64,000 bases of DNA from Trypanosoma brucei (taxonomy: Eukaryota): NCBI GenBank assembly GCA_000002445.1, contig CH464491.1, positions 4,832,001-4,896,000 on the forward strand, in the 5' to 3' direction. The stretch's first letter is position 1. Every line of letters begins with the position of its first letter. This document shows positions 20,225 to 33,653 of the stretch, piece after piece. Under the pieces are notes generated by a model. The model searched no databases, was not told the DNA's origin, and saw nothing but the letters and a program-made list of their open reading frames with translations. The translations under genes were made by a program, and so were the position numbers.

Positions 20225-21675
20225 TTTTTCTAGGCAAAATTTTAACTCTCTTGTGTTATACCGCTGGCTATCGGCGTGCGCTTTCTTAGAAGTAGAATAT
20301 TGAGCACAGCATCTGATTAGTTTCAGGTTTATAGTGGCACGCTACTTCCGATAACGGAGGTCATTTTTATTGTATATCTTTGCCATTCGATACTATTTAC
20401 AGGTGGCTAAAGGCTTAATCATTAAAAGGGATTTCTACCTGTGTATCTTCTTCTTTTATTTGGATAGATTATATCATAGTGCTTTTGAATTATTTCTATT
20501 TTTTGTCTATCTGAGCTATCGTTAGTTTAGATAGCCAGATTTTTAGTTGGCCATCTGCATGTTTGATTTCCATTGGAGGCTTGTAAAGAAGATCATTCAG
20601 TTAAGCCAAATAATCGACATATCGTAACTGTAACCTACACCACTCTATACCTATATATAAAACATTTAACATTTAATGTTCTTTTTCTTTATTCTATCAA
20701 ATGGCTTTCCTTTGTAGAGATAGCGCTTAAACCTTGTTAATTTGTATCCAGAAGGCGCTTTTGTCGTTGCATTTTTATTAATCCGTGCTGCCAATTGTGG
20801 AAAAGCAAAAACTCTAGAGTTAATTTCCCGCTCCTTGAAAGCCCCTTATGTGTGGCCACTACAGCAACAGGGAATTGGTGTAGTGTAATTACGAATTTTC
20901 TCCACTCTATGTAAATCTGCCCTAACAAGTCATACATGCTCCAATTGAAGCAGCTTTCTCCTTTTCATTCATCATCTTCTAGTGTTGTTAACCTATTGGT
21001 TCTCCAATTTTAAAAATAATCATCCAGATAAAATTTAATCATTTTCCAGTGATGCTGGTCATCATTAGTATACCTGATGAGGAGGGTTTAATATTATCTT
21101 ACACTCACCCAATATATTCTTCTCGCCCTTTCATCTTCTTCACAGTTGTAGGTTAGGATTTGCCATCATATTCAAAAATCACAGTCACTGCCATTAGAAA
21201 CGTTGGATCTAACAACTTTGAGTAAAATACTTGGCACAGTCATATCTTCATCGTATAGTTTTTCTTATTTACACATTGGTCTGTCGCGTTTTATGCCGTT
21301 TAATTCCTTATATTTTTTCCTATATTGTCTACAGTAAGCGGTAGTGCTGAAACTGGAGCAATTCACTTCGGTATCCACATTTAGTTCTCTCTCCCTCGTT
21401 GTCCCGTTCATCATGTCTTCGTATAAAATGATACCCATATTTATATTTTGTAAGTAAATATTTATATTTCTTCTCCACTTTCCCCTTTGTATCTCCAAAT
21501 TTTATTTTATAATAAATTTTCTCCACCTCTTTGATTTTCTCTTGGTAACTAACAGCTACATCCATTCACCCAGCAACTCAGTTACTCACCCCACGGCACT
21601 CTCGCAATTGTTTGAAGTGCTTATATTTTTCGATGATTAAGTATATACTGTCATCAGAATATTAGTATATTCATA

Positions 21676-21718
21676 ACCCACAACACTTCTATTATTATTA
21701 TTATTATTATTATTATCC
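21676..21718 (-). repeat. 70-bp repeat fragment, (TAA)n part
   Basis: ccacaacacttctattattattattattattattat. Confidence 0.5.
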
Positions 21719-21929
21719 TGAATAATGTTATTAAAATTAGTTAAAGAAAAAAGTAAGGACAGCGTTTTTTAATACCCTATCACTCTAATACTTGGTACAC
21801 ACAGGTTACTATCATACAAGTTTTCAAAAAGTTTAACAATTTAAATTTTTTATAAAATTTGTTAAAATACATTAAACTCTCGCACAAAACAAAATATCAT
21901 ATAATTAAAAACATTTCTTAAAATTCAAA

Positions 21930-23460
21930 AATGCTACAAAAATCGTGAAAGAAGCAGAAATTATAGCAAAATTCTTATTTTAGAGAAAACTATTGCTTCC
22001 GTACTTTTCCATATCATAGTCGTTTCCGCCATCTTTTCCTTTTTTGTCCACAAACAGAGGTTTGGCAAGAAGTATTGCGTTTTTCACAAGTTGATTTATC
22101 CTCATGATGTTTAAAGTTTGTGTTTTTTCCCCCTGCAGCTCCTTCTCCTGCTCCTGTTGTGTCTGTCTCTCCTTCTCCATCTTTAGGTTTGCATTCCTTT
22201 TTGGTTCCATCATATGTGCAGCTGTCTTGTGGGCACTTTCTTTTGTTTCCATTGTATTTTTCACATGCTTTCTTCTCTTCTGCTGTTGGTTCTTCGTTTC
22301 CTTTTTGGCGTTAGTGCCGGCGTTGTTGGTACATCCTTCATCTTTATTGGTTAATAAAGTTTACATGCGCTTAGCTTGAGCCGTTTTATCTCGTCTTCAG
22401 TTTTGATCTGGGCAGCTTCTTTTTTGTTTTCTGAGCAAAAGCTTGGCTGCCGCGGCTTCAAGGCCGTTGCACCATTTGATTTCTTTGTTGGGATCGTTTG
22501 GCCATTACGTCATTGCTTTTTTGTATTCTACGCATACTACGTGTCTCTGACTTTGGCATTTGCCGCTGGTGTGTAGATGTCCCAAGACGACCGGTTCGAT
22601 GTTGCCCTGGGTGTCACTTTTCAGTGCCGCCCTGAATGTTGCTAGCGCCGCTGTGATTTCCGTTGCCGTGAGCACACCAGAAAAGGATGGGCATTTTGGC
22701 GCCAGGTTGTCACACGCTGTTTTTGGTTTGAAACTCCATCTCCATGCATTGGTGTGGGTGCCCACTGTGTGGCTACAGAGGTTGACGTCGCTAGTTGTGC
22801 TATCTGGAGCGCACAAGCAGATCCGGTCTCCAATTAGAGATTTTCCGGCTGCTGGCACTGCGCAGTCGTTTTTCCGGGTGTTACTGTGTGTACTCGTTTC
22901 CGCATCGTTTCCGTCTTTTTTGGATGCGCCTGCTCCGAATAGGGCGTTCTCCAGATCAGCTTTGATGTCCGGAGGGTCGTCAGCTAAACTTGGCTTAATG
23001 TTATTTACGTAATCGGTATGGATCGTGTTGGCGCGGTCTACTATTAGTGCAAGTTGTTTCTGGAGTCGTCGTCCAGTTATTGTTTCCTTCGGTCCTCTTT
23101 TGAGTTTGAGTTTATCATTAGTTGTCGAAGCTGCTGCTGAATTTGCTTCCTTAGCGTGCACTACAGCCATAATACTCTAGCAATTTTTGTTTCCGCCGAC
23201 TCTGTCAACGCGGCAGCTACTGTACAAGAGCCCGCGGTTTTTATTAACGTTGGTACAGTTTCTAAAGCTGCGTTGTAGTCTTCTATCAACTTTTCCACTA
23301 GGAACCTGGTGTAACTGTCGTCTCCGCAAAGATCTGCGACCTTTTCACCAGCTGTGTCTGGAACTGGCCGTTTTCCTGTGGCAGTCAGCGCCGCTAAGCG
23401 GATCAGGATCAGTTGCGTCAACGTAAGAATAAGCGCAGAGTTTGTAGTGATTTTATACAT
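21930..23460 (-). pseudogene. VSG: VSG pseudogene with at least two frameshifts. There is also an in-frame TAA in the GPI signal.
   Basis: Signal peptide and N-terminus are MYKITTNSALILTLTQLILIRLAALTATG (23161-23460). The B-type N-terminal domain is 22505-23170 (..CLCAPDSTTSD..). The C-terminal domain is in other frames. The tail reads ..YGSNSFL*NKNFAIISASFTIFVAFL. Confidence 0.8.
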
Positions 23461-24745
23461 TTTCTCTCGTCTTTTCCCCTAAGTTTTGAACTTCTAAAGG
23501 TTAAAATCGTACCGTGACTATTTCGTAGTCTTTGATCGGTAAAAAGAACACTTCTGTTATTCGATGATTTAAGTTTTCTAAAGTCATTTGTCCTTTTATT
23601 AACTATTTTCTTAAATATGTTCTCATTTGTCTGGTTTCTTGTATCTAACTGTTTCCAAAGTTCCAACCACTAAACCGTTTTAATTTCCGCAAAACCTTCT
23701 ACTCTAGAAGGCTTGAAGTTTATAGTTTATAATCTGTTTAATTAATGGTTTAGTCTTTATTTCTACTTCCATATTGTGTTACGATATTACGTCTCTGTTT
23801 TTGGCAAATGCGTGATTTTGCTTGTACTAGTTTCTAAGTCTGTGTGCTTTAATGGGGCTCCCGCTTAAATGTTGCACTTTCTGTCTCTTTTGCACTTGCT
23901 TTAATGGTTCAGCTTTTTTAATCTTCACATAAAATGTGTATCAAGGGCTGGCTTAAGATGCCGCAGATGGCCGTTCAATAAGCTGAATTTTGGCCTCTGT
24001 GACCCTATAAAATTAGGGTCTATTCTATAGTTATTATTTTTATCTCACAATTCTATTCCATAGCTTTATATATGCGGTATTATAAGCATATTTAGAGTTT
24101 TTTTACGTTTTAGATTGTACGCAGTAATAAATTGATATTCCTTATTTTAAAATTCCCATTTTGATAATATTATATTGTCTCAAGGATACGATGATCATTA
24201 TTACTATATTTAATAAAAATAAGACCTCGAAATTGCTTCACACTTACTCAATGTCTTCCTCCTTCCTCTTTTACTTTTACTTTACAGGTGAATATTATGA
24301 TCCCCTTTATATTAAAAACTAAAGTATCGACGATATACACAGTGGAATCTGTCTATTTAGGTAGTAAAATATGGAGCACAATCTTCTGTATTAGTTCCTT
24401 CTGTGGTGTTCCGTATTACCGTTTATTTTGTTACGTCATTCCCTGTTTTTTCCTTTTTACTCCTCAGTTTATTTTTCTACAGATAAAGTTGCAACTCCAT
24501 TTTTCCACACACTGTACTCTTTTTCTGTCGTTGTATCCTCCATTGACTGCCTGTCTATGATGATGCCCATCCTCATATTTGTGTTTTAAACGCCGCATGT
24601 TACATCATCATCTTTACGTTGCCTTCTATATAAGTGGCGACCCCGCCCTTCTTTCTTACAATCCGTCGTATTCACCCATTTCTTCTTATTGCACAATTGC
24701 AGTACTTTTAATTTCTTCTTTTACCCTTCCATTTTTTGGCCACCA

Positions 24746-24808
24746 TTCATATTATTATATTAGTCTATACATATTGAACACCCACTCCTATAATCATTAC
24801 AATTATCC
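24746..24808 (-). repeat. degenerate 70-bp repeat unit
   Basis: cattcatattattatattagtctatacatattgaacacccactcctataatcattacaattatcc. Confidence 0.45.
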
Positions 24809-24975
24809 ATAAAATAAAAAATATAAACAAAATAGATGAATTATGATACTTATGTATAATGCTTTTGTTTGTATCACCTTAGTCTATTAGTTTGCACTAT
24901 ATGTTACTTTTACACTATATTTTTTATATTTTACAAAATTTCACTAATTTTTACATTTTAAAAAGGTTTTATTAA

Positions 24976-24991
24976 AATGTTAAAATGTATC
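24976..24991 (-). promoter_or_regulatory. VSG 3'UTR 16-mer variant
   Basis: The reverse complement is TGATACATTTTAACAT. Confidence 0.5.
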
Positions 24992-25063
24992 AATGTTTAG
25001 AATATTTAAAAATTTACTGGAAATAGATAATTTTGTAATTTTCATAAATTTCATATAATTGAG

Positions 25064-26574
25064 CTAAACTTCTTTTCGAAATTTAATTATAGAAGCAAAA
25101 ATGCAAACAAAAGAGGTTTTATTAGTTACAACAGAATTGCTTCCTGCTGTGTTTGTGGTTTTTTCATCTTTCACTTCAACTGCCTTCTCTTTTGCTACGC
25201 AAATATAACCTTTTAATTCACACCCGTCTTCTCTTTTGCATTTATCTTTGTTTGTTATTGATTTGCATTTCCTCTTCTGCGAATCTGTCATTTCTGTCGC
25301 CTCTGTGCTTGTTGTTGTTTTCATATTCCTTTCCAAGTTTCTAGGTGCTAGGTATGCGGTGACTTTCAATACTTGGTCCCCTTTCGCAATATTTAACAAC
25401 GTATCGGTTACGTCTATTGTATCCACTTTTATGTTTTTCTTGTCGGTGTTAATGTCGTTTTTGTATTGCTTGTCGAATGTGTTTTTGTCCTTTGCAAATG
25501 TTTCTTCGATCAGTCGTTTTTTTCTTCTGTTGAGAGGTCGGATATCTTCTTAGCTACACCATGGGCAGTCGCGGCAGCGATGAGAGCGGCGGTTTCTTCT
25601 TGTAGGCTTTCTATTGTTACGTCGGCGATGGCCTTTGTTGCCGGCGTTTTGTGAGTGACGGCTGCACACAGGACGTGCAGCAAGTAATCCGGTGTGCGCG
25701 TCGCCCATGGTTTGTTGAGCTCTTATTTTTTGCATTTGTCCCGTTTTTCTGTGTCGTCGAAGAGCGGTTGTGTTGCTAGAGTAACCGTCGCCTCCCCAAT
25801 CGTCAAGGTGGCTCCTAGAATGTTCGTGGCCGAGTCTGCAGCGGTGTTGGTCTCGGTGCAGTAACCCTGTGTGCTTGACGCCGAGCTGTATGGTCCTTCG
25901 GTTCCTTGCGATTGCGCGCTTACTGTTATGGTTTGCTTTTTGAAGACTGCATCGGCCGTCGGGCGCACTTTGCCTAGTTGCTCTGGTTTCACATTAGCTG
26001 CTGTTATCTGTCCCAGGTGTGCTTCTTCCACCGAGAAGTTGTCCCCTTCTGCTTCCTCCGGCGTGAACACTGTATTGCAGTGGTGTGTGCCGGCCTTTGG
26101 CGTGCCTTGGCTGTCACAGTAGCTGCTGCTTGCCGGCCTTGCCGTTCCCTGCATAGGCTTTTGGCGTAATACGTATAATCGCGCCGCGCGGTCTCGAAGT
26201 GCTATTATTGCCGGTGTGATCTTTGCGTCTGCCTCCTCTGCTGCTTTAATTTTTGTCCGCGCATAACTTTCCGCTATTGCAGCGAGTGCTTGGTGTCCTA
26301 GTTGTTTGTTGCTGTCTAAGCTGTAAAGAGCTGCAAGCCTGTGTGCGGCTGCCAGATCAGCCTCGGTTGCTGCTGCTCTGTATGCCGAATTAACCGCGGT
26401 TTGGAGTTTGTTTGCTAGTACTGTGTTGTATTGAAGCTCATGGCAAATGGTTCTCGAGGCTTGTGTTGCCTCATCCTCGCCCTTCGTTGCAGCTGCTTCA
26501 GGTGCAGTAACTGTAAAGACAAATAAGGTTGCTACTTGAATCTTCCATTTGAGGGTTGACATTTGTGGTCTCAC
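25064..26574 (-). pseudogene. VSG: VSG pseudogene with frameshift(s) at about 25426-25723
   Basis: The N-terminal domain ORF is 25723-26574 (MRPQMSTLKWKIQVATLFVFTVTAPEAAA..). The C-terminal domain ORF is 25064-25426 (..CKREDGCELKGYICVAKEK..SFVCIFASIIKF). Confidence 0.85.
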
Positions 26575-28407
26575 TCCCTTTCGTCGCTATGTTGGATAAG
26601 AATGCTGCTTTCTTGCGTATAAGGAGTTTTCTCTAATATTACTTTTGTTGCTGCTGAGAAGGTTGGAAGGAAGGTGGTACCGCTTTCTTTCCCCAAGTGG
26701 CTTTCCGGCCTGCGTTTTGATGTCCTCGTAACAAAATATTATTTGCGGTTAAGCTTAGATTGCGCAGGAAGTATTTTCAAAAGAATTTTCATCCAGCTCT
26801 AATTGCTCATGTTGACTACAGTTTCGATGTTTTCAGCGCTAATCCCTATGACTTCTAAAATTTTTCACAAAACAGAATCTTGTCCATTTACCTCTTACGG
26901 TTTTCTACCGCTGAATTCTCTGAATATCCCATATTTATCTTGTGGCGATTTTGAAAAACCTATATCCCCTGCTAAGTAGCAGTCGTTGACCATCATTTCT
27001 CTGAAAATCAGCTCAGCCACTAGCTGTGATGTCTTTTTACCTAGCCTTTTGTAAGCTTTTGCGTCATCATCTGTCACAGCAGCGCTTCCCTCCGATGTTT
27101 TGTACTAGTGATACTGAAAAGGGAGATATATGCATGCTCAGGTTTGTCATCACAGTACCGCTTACAGAAAAGTAAAAAAAGTGCATAAAACTAGAAGTTA
27201 CGTGTTTCTACGCTTTTTGAATCTGAATAAAAGTTACTTCTGACTGCAGTTTCCGAGGCATCAGAGTTTATATAGAACACTACTCAGTTAAGGTACTTAA
27301 TATCTATTTTAAGATCCAAACTATTCCATTTTAAGTTTATACCCAAAGCATCTAACACTTACAACTGGCTTGTATCTGTAATTCGGACTTCGTCTCGATG
27401 TTTTGACGCATATTCAGCGGCGATATACCGCTGAATCCTCGCTAAACCGCATAACATTGAGTTTTATGCCTTTTATACTGGCTTATTGTCGTTATTTTTC
27501 ATCTATTTCTTTCCAACGTCTGTCCTCTTTGAATTCTTTTGATTTAACGTTTCTTGCTGCAGCTCGCCAATGCTACGTAATTGTGTATTCTTATATGAGC
27601 TATACCCTCTCTGAAAGGGATTAACGCTTTTCCGTTGAACAAGCAGGGGAGGTGAGAGTATCAGCACAATCGTTGCGTACTTCATATGAAGTTCCTTCAT
27701 AGCTTGTTGCACGCGCTACGCTTAGCAGCTTTTTTCGTTTTAATCATCTTTCTGCTGTGAACAGTAATCCATTAATATTTCCAGAATTAAAATTCTCCTC
27801 CAGATAATATTACGTTTTTTCCACGGATGTTGCCCATTACCACTATATCCGAAAAGAAGAATTTGAAATTACCTCACACTCACCCAATTCCTTATTCATG
27901 ATTCTGTCCCTTCTTCTCCCAGGGTCCAGGTTATAATCCGCTGTCAAACTCAAAACCATACTCAACAATGTTTCGACAGCATGGTCTATCCACTTTTTAG
28001 TGAAAGATGGATCACCATCGAGAGTTCCTAATGTATTGTTTTTCTCTCTGCTAAACTGTTTCACATTCAGTTGTTTCAGTCTGTTTTTTATGCCCCACAT
28101 CTTCGCCTACATTTTCTATCATTGTGGACGACACAACTACTCCATTTGGCTTCCGACTACATTTGACTATGTTGGTTTCTAATTGTCTCTTCCATATCAC
28201 ATTTCTGTATGAGTACGATCAGTTATGATTGTCTTCCAAACTTCGCAATATTCCATCTTCTTTTCTCTATCTTGCTGCACTCCCTCAATGATAACATTCC
28301 TACTTCTATCTCTATCGCTACTACTTATTCACTTACTTCCATTGCACCCTCACCATTGTTTTAAGTGCTTATATTTTTCCGGTGCACTTGGATTCCACTA
28401 CAACTTT

Positions 28408-28515
28408 AGTATATACACACTCACAACACACTCCTATAAATATTATTATTATTATTATCATTTTCATTATTACTCTATTACTCTATTGCACTGTTACTAT
28501 TACTATTATATCCAT
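28408..28515 (-). repeat. 70-bp repeat, about 1.5 units
   Basis: tatatacacactcacaacacactcctataaatattattattattattatcatt... Confidence 0.7.
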
Positions 28516-28744
28516 AAATTAAATAAAATAGCAAAACTAAGGAAGTAAACAAAGTAGTAATATTTTTAATTCACTATAAGAAATTTGAATCATACGCCAG
28601 TGTTACACAAAAATTTCACATTTTTGAGTTTTTAAACAATTTTTTTTCATTTTCATGAAAAATGTTAAAGTACATTGATTTTAGAAAATTTTAGCAAATT
28701 TTATAAATTTCATGATATTGAGAAAAAATACTTAAATTCTCAGA

Positions 28745-30232
28745 ATGGTAGAATTCTACATACCACAAAAACGCTGCTACCACTAACATCAGAGCAAATT
28801 TATTATTGACAATAAAACTGAAATCCTGGCACTCTTGCCCATCCCATTTGCAATTTCCAGTACAATCTCCCTCTTTTTCTTGTCAGAGCACTTCTCTTCA
28901 TTTTCCCATCTTTCCCTGCTTGGTTTTCTACTGCTTGTTTGGCTGCGTTATCCAATTTGCACTTTTTGTTTGCATCAGTGGCATTCGCATTCCATTTGCA
29001 TGGAGAGTTGCAATCATTTTGGCCCTTTTTGTTGCATTTCTCTTCTGTTTCAGTGTTTGTTTTTGGGCCGCTGCTGCTGCTGCCTGTATTGTCGTGTCCT
29101 TGTTGTTGCTAGGCTCGTCGGGTTTGTGGTATTCTCTTAATGCATCATTAAGCAGCTGCTGCATCGCCTGTTTCATTGTTTCTTTTTTGTCGAGTTCATT
29201 CTTGTACTGGCGGTACTTGCTGCGCGCCTGTGTCAGTTTTTTAACCCATGGTATTTCCTCCAGTCCTTTCGTGCCTGTGGTTAGTTTTGCAGTGTACTCA
29301 ACACATGCGGCGTTGGTTTCGTCGCAGGCGGTGGCGCTAACTGTCTTCCCCAGAATATACTTTTTTTGGTTTGCCTCTGCTGGTTTTAGATTTGCTTCTA
29401 GATTTTGTATCGCCTGCGTTATAGCGTCGTCAAGGTTCATCTCTCCTAGGCTTGTTGGGCAAAGTTCCGCTACCGTTTTTAGTGCTGTTGTTGCGAAGTT
29501 GCTGCCGCTTAGTACCTGCCCTTGTATGCTGGCCGCTGGCGAGCAGGAATCGGCGGTGTTTTCCGTGGTGCACAGACAGGCAAGGTCGGCTGCTATTGAT
29601 TTGCCTGCACTAGCGGTCGTGCATGTGCCGCTTTTTGTTGTTGTTGGCACGTCACCGCAAGTCAGATCGTGTGGCTGCTGCTCCAGCGCCGTTGTGCACC
29701 TGGCTTCGTCCAGTAGAGTGTTGATCTCGTCCTCAAGAGGTTTTTCGCCCGTTTGCGGCGGTTTGGTGATTTGGCCATGTAGCCTTACGGCTTCTGCCGC
29801 TGTGGCGTTTATGAAGTGTACTTGCTGCGCTGTTAGTTGCTTGTTTGCCTTCGTCTTGTGCTTCGTGTGAAATGGCTTGCTGTCGTCTTTTGTGTTTGCG
29901 TGTGCGGCCTGCCACTCTTCCCACCTGTCTTGCCAGTTAATAGCTCCTAGTGCGGCCTTATGTGCTGCGTGGTATTTCTGCCATCCTTGTTTGCCTTCTT
30001 CGCTTTCTAACATCGCTTTCCATTCGGGGCTCGAGCTCGTGGCGTTTAAGTTCATCAGGTCAGTATAAGCCGCTGTCGTCTCTTGCGTCTTTGGCGTCAG
30101 TTTGCCGTGTTTTGCTGCTGCCCATGCTAAGCAAAGCGGCCTCAGGGCTGCTATAGCGTCACCGATTGCTGCTTGTCCGGGCTGCAATATCCCCAAAAAT
30201 ATGGATGCTAGGTAGGTTAACGGTATATGCAT
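28745..30232 (-). pseudogene. VSG: VSG pseudogene. The N-terminal domain is intact and the C-terminal domain has at least two frameshifts.
   Basis: The ORF 28928-30364 has its true start at MHIPLTYLASIFLGILQPGQAA (30232). The C-terminal domain and GPI signal, ..DCTGNCKWDGQECQDFSFIVNNKFALMLVVAAFLW.., are only recovered in shifted frames. Confidence 0.85.
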
Positions 30233-30421
30233 AGTTGTCCCTGCTTTTGAAAGAAAAATTAAAGGTTTGCAATACGATTGGTTCGGTGTTTTTTCAGCCT
30301 GCAGAAGATGAAATCTGCCGTTCCCCAGCGGGCCTAGTCTTTTTTCCGAGTATATGGGTAACAAATTTGTGGCTTGCAGTAGCTCAGCTGCTCTGTGCGC
30401 GTTCGCTTGCAGTTTGCCTGC

Positions 30422-31492
30422 CTATAATTTTCTTGCCTTAAACAAGTCCCATTCTTTTAACGCATCACAACAAGTACTCTCATAAGCGAAATTCAATCTC
30501 TCTCCGGATAATGCGTAAGCTTGAGTTTCCCCCAAACCTTTCGCGTTAAATTGCTTTCTTTCCCACTCTTTATACCAAGTAAGGTTTGATACAACCTTTC
30601 TAGCCTTTGCCTCCCAGGCTAGCGCATGACCTGGAAAGTGAAGGAATGCAGCTTTTCCGATGGAAGTTTCGTAAGGGACTGAGAAAAACCGCTCCTCGTA
30701 ATCTAACCCTATCAGACCCTTTGGCAAAACGAATCTACTGCTTGCTTTTTCTTCCAGTTTCACACTCCACAACAACAAGGGAATATAAATACTTTGCTCG
30801 GACCACCATTCATCAGCCACCGCAAGCACTTCATCGAAGGCGGTTTTAAACCTCTTAAATGCCCACACTCGTGCTATTAAATTACCGCCCCCGAGGTATG
30901 GTTTGCAGGTGTCGGTAAATTTAAGTAGAGGCGGTAGACCTTTCTCTTCTTCCGTCTTGCTTGCCATCTCAAAAAACCATCAACAGCGTTCTGTATGTTC
31001 TTTGTGATCCGAATAAACTATCAAGTCCAACTGAGGTGCAGTGCAATCAGCAGTTGTTATAAACTGAATCGGAGATATTTGATTTCCTTTCACTATTTCA
31101 TCTTCACTAAACTTATTTTCCGTTGCAGCGGCATTCTGCATAAAATACTCCACTGCATTTTTATACTTCTCTTTTTCAGAAACAATAACATCAGATCCAT
31201 CTACAGTTATTACAATATCTTCATCACTTGCATTATGTTTTTTTAAATATTACATAACCCATCTAGACCGTCTGACATGACTATACAAACATCCCACTGC
31301 AATTGTAATAATTTCAACATAGGTTAGCTTGACACTTAATATGAGCGTAAACCATCCTTGAGTTACATGAGTTTGAATGACGACGACAAACAATCTAGGC
31401 TTCTTAGGATCATTCTCTGTTATATTTGTTATGTTATTTACACCAATATTTTTAAGGGAAACAGCGTTTTCACACACCAAATGTAATAGCAA
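30422..31492 (-). pseudogene. recurrent family copy 3 (ESAG3-like?), the most complete copy at about 355 codons, with one TAA and one frameshift
   Basis: N-terminal ORF: MLLHLVCENAVSLKNIGVNNITNITENDPKKPRLFVVVIQTHVTQGW..RWVM, then TAA. Middle: ..DIVITVDGSDVIVSEKEKYKNAVEYF.. C-terminal ORF: ..GLIGLDYEERFFSVP..NLTWYKEWERKQF.. Confidence 0.45.
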
Positions 31493-31984
31493 CAGTATTT
31501 AAAAAGTTCTCATGGACAAAAATATCATGCACTAACACACCTTTACAATTTGACAGCGTTTTAACAAAAAAATTAGAAAGGTTAAGAATATAGTAAGTCT
31601 CATCACAACGTATATTTTTATTTTCGAGAAGTTTAAAAATTCAATCACAAAACATACAGCTTTGTATCTAAATCTAAAACATGAATATTATGCTTATATT
31701 TGCCTTATTTCTGTAGATGACGAAGAACTTTAGTGCTTTGTCTAGTGTACTTCATCATACAATCGTTTTACTTCCATAATATTCCCATGCATGATAATGC
31801 TTGTCGTCATAACTGTATTTAAATCTGATATATATTCAAATTGTACTCTTTTACCTCTCCTTCTGCCTATTCTTCAAAAATATTCTTCGTTTCCTCTGTG
31901 ATTACCCTCATGTTCACACTGAATCCTCCTCCTCTCCTTTATTGCTTCTGTTTGTTCCATCAATTTAGTACTCTCCACCACCAT

Positions 31985-32050
31985 TAATGATATTCGTATA
32001 TGCACACACTCACAACGCACTCCTATCATTACCATTACTATTCATACAGT
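31985..32050 (-). repeat. 70-bp repeat unit
   Basis: gatattcgtatatgcacacactcacaacgcactcctatcattaccattactattc. Confidence 0.65.
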
Positions 32051-32179
32051 ATTACCATACTACGTTACACATACTGGCCACTATCTTTTATATCTTAAAA
32101 AATTCTCTCAAAAATAGAAATTTTCATAAAATTCATAAATTTGAGCAAAAATCCCAAATATTTTTCATCCCCAAATCAA

Positions 32180-33653
32180 AAATGCAAGCAAAAGAGAATC
32201 TTTAACCCCAACAGAATTGCTTCCTGTGGTGTTTGTAGCTCCTGTTTTATCCTTGTTTTATCCCTTTCCTTTCTTTTTGGGCTTGAAAATTTCCCCATCG
32301 AGCTCGCATTTCCCTTTGCATTCAGTTCCCTTCTTACCTGCGCAATCGTCTTCCTTTGCTTGGACTGTTGCTGTTACTGATTTGGCTGTTTGTTTGCTCC
32401 TTTTAAGCGCCAGGCCAGAGAAATAAGCCAGTGCCAAGCCATAGTCGTCGCTTTCTGCGGCTGCCTTGATACTCGTTTTGCTTTCTCCTTTCTCTTGGCT
32501 TAGTTGCAGATCGTCTGTTTCTAGGGCGCTGGAAAACTTGTCAATTGTTTTGCTCTCATCGGTTCCTAGTAGTTTTTTTTACTGCATTTTTACCTTGTTC
32601 GCTGTTGTTGTCTCTTTTGGGCTCCCCTAAAGCTAGCAGTGCTACTTGTCGTGCTACTGGGTCGATCGTCAACGAGCCGACAGTCTCGCTTTTAATGGAT
32701 TTCTGTGTTTTCGGCATCTCCTTCCGATTTTTGCACAGGTAGTGGACGAGGCGCGTACGGTTTATAGCCGGCTCCTTAGAGTCCTCTTCGGCCGGTTTCT
32801 GGCAGTCGCTGCCGGTTAGAAACGGTAGGGACATGGCTGATAGAGGTCCAGGCTTGCCGGCTGTCCCGGTTCCGAGGCCTAGAAAGTTGGTGCCGCCGAA
32901 TGCCGCGTCGTCGCTGCATCCCTTCTGCGTTTCGCAGCTGTCTAGGTCAGCGCCGCTGCTGCCTTGGATTGCGATCTTGAGCAGTGTTGCCGGCGGTTTA
33001 AAGTCTGCGTCCTCCACACCTCTATAGCTAGTAGCTGCAGGTAATTCACTTGCTGCATTTCTTAGGTTATCTTCCTGATTTTTTTCTGCGCAGCCTGTAC
33101 CGGCTTTGCCGGTTGTCAGTTGTAGTGTTACCGAAACAGCCATAGCTGCTGAGGGTATTATGCTGGCCGGCGTGGTTTCCTTTGCTGCAGCCGAGTACTC
33201 TGGAGTTGTCGCGGCGTTATTGTGCTGCAGGGCTTCTAGCTGTCCCTTTCTTCTGCTTATTTCGAGCGCTGTAGTTTTTACTGCGCCTGCTGCTTTTTGC
33301 AACTCCTTTGTTGCTGCGAGAGACTTCCGGTGCGCCAACGCCGCCAGGAAAGAAAATGTTGCGCCTGTTGGTGTTCCTGAATGCATAGCTGTTGCCAGTT
33401 CTAGTGCTTTTTCTTCTTCTGTCAACTTCTTTACGTTATCCGCGAGGGTTGACGCTGCTGTGCCGAATGCGGACTTAAGATGGGTGAGGTACTCCAGCTC
33501 TGTGCAGGCGTCGTTTACTGCTTGTACTGCGTTGCCATCCGATTGGCTTGATCCTTTTTTCGTGAACAGAAGGGCTAAAGCGGCGACTATTAGCCTTAAT
33601 GGTGGTGCTTTTAAGCTGTCGGTTGTGCTCAGGTTTCGCCTCCTCTGCGTCAT
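32180..33653 (-). pseudogene. VSG: VSG pseudogene with a frameshifted C-terminal domain
   Basis: The ORF 32556-33833 has its true start at MTQRRRNLSTTDSLKAPPLRLIVAALALLF (33653). The C-terminal domain has no Cys in the frame as read. A GPI-like tail ..QEAILLGLKILFCLHF* lies in another frame near 32180. Confidence 0.8.

Noticed and set aside
26574..28408. ORFs in the 1.8-kb co-transposed region (26895-27077 and 27843-28100, minus strand) as genes
   Set aside because: They are short and have no family resemblance. Co-transposed regions of VSG cassettes are normally non-coding.
28806..29870. Large plus-strand ORFs antisense to VSGs (28806-29870 at 354 aa, 4234-4665, 33106-33699, 35508-36219, 19587-20289, 58248-58775 on the minus strand, and others)
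   Set aside because: They are low-complexity and rich in Cys, Ser and Leu. They mirror the VSG coding strand, have no independent signals, and the VSG frame on the opposite strand accounts for them.
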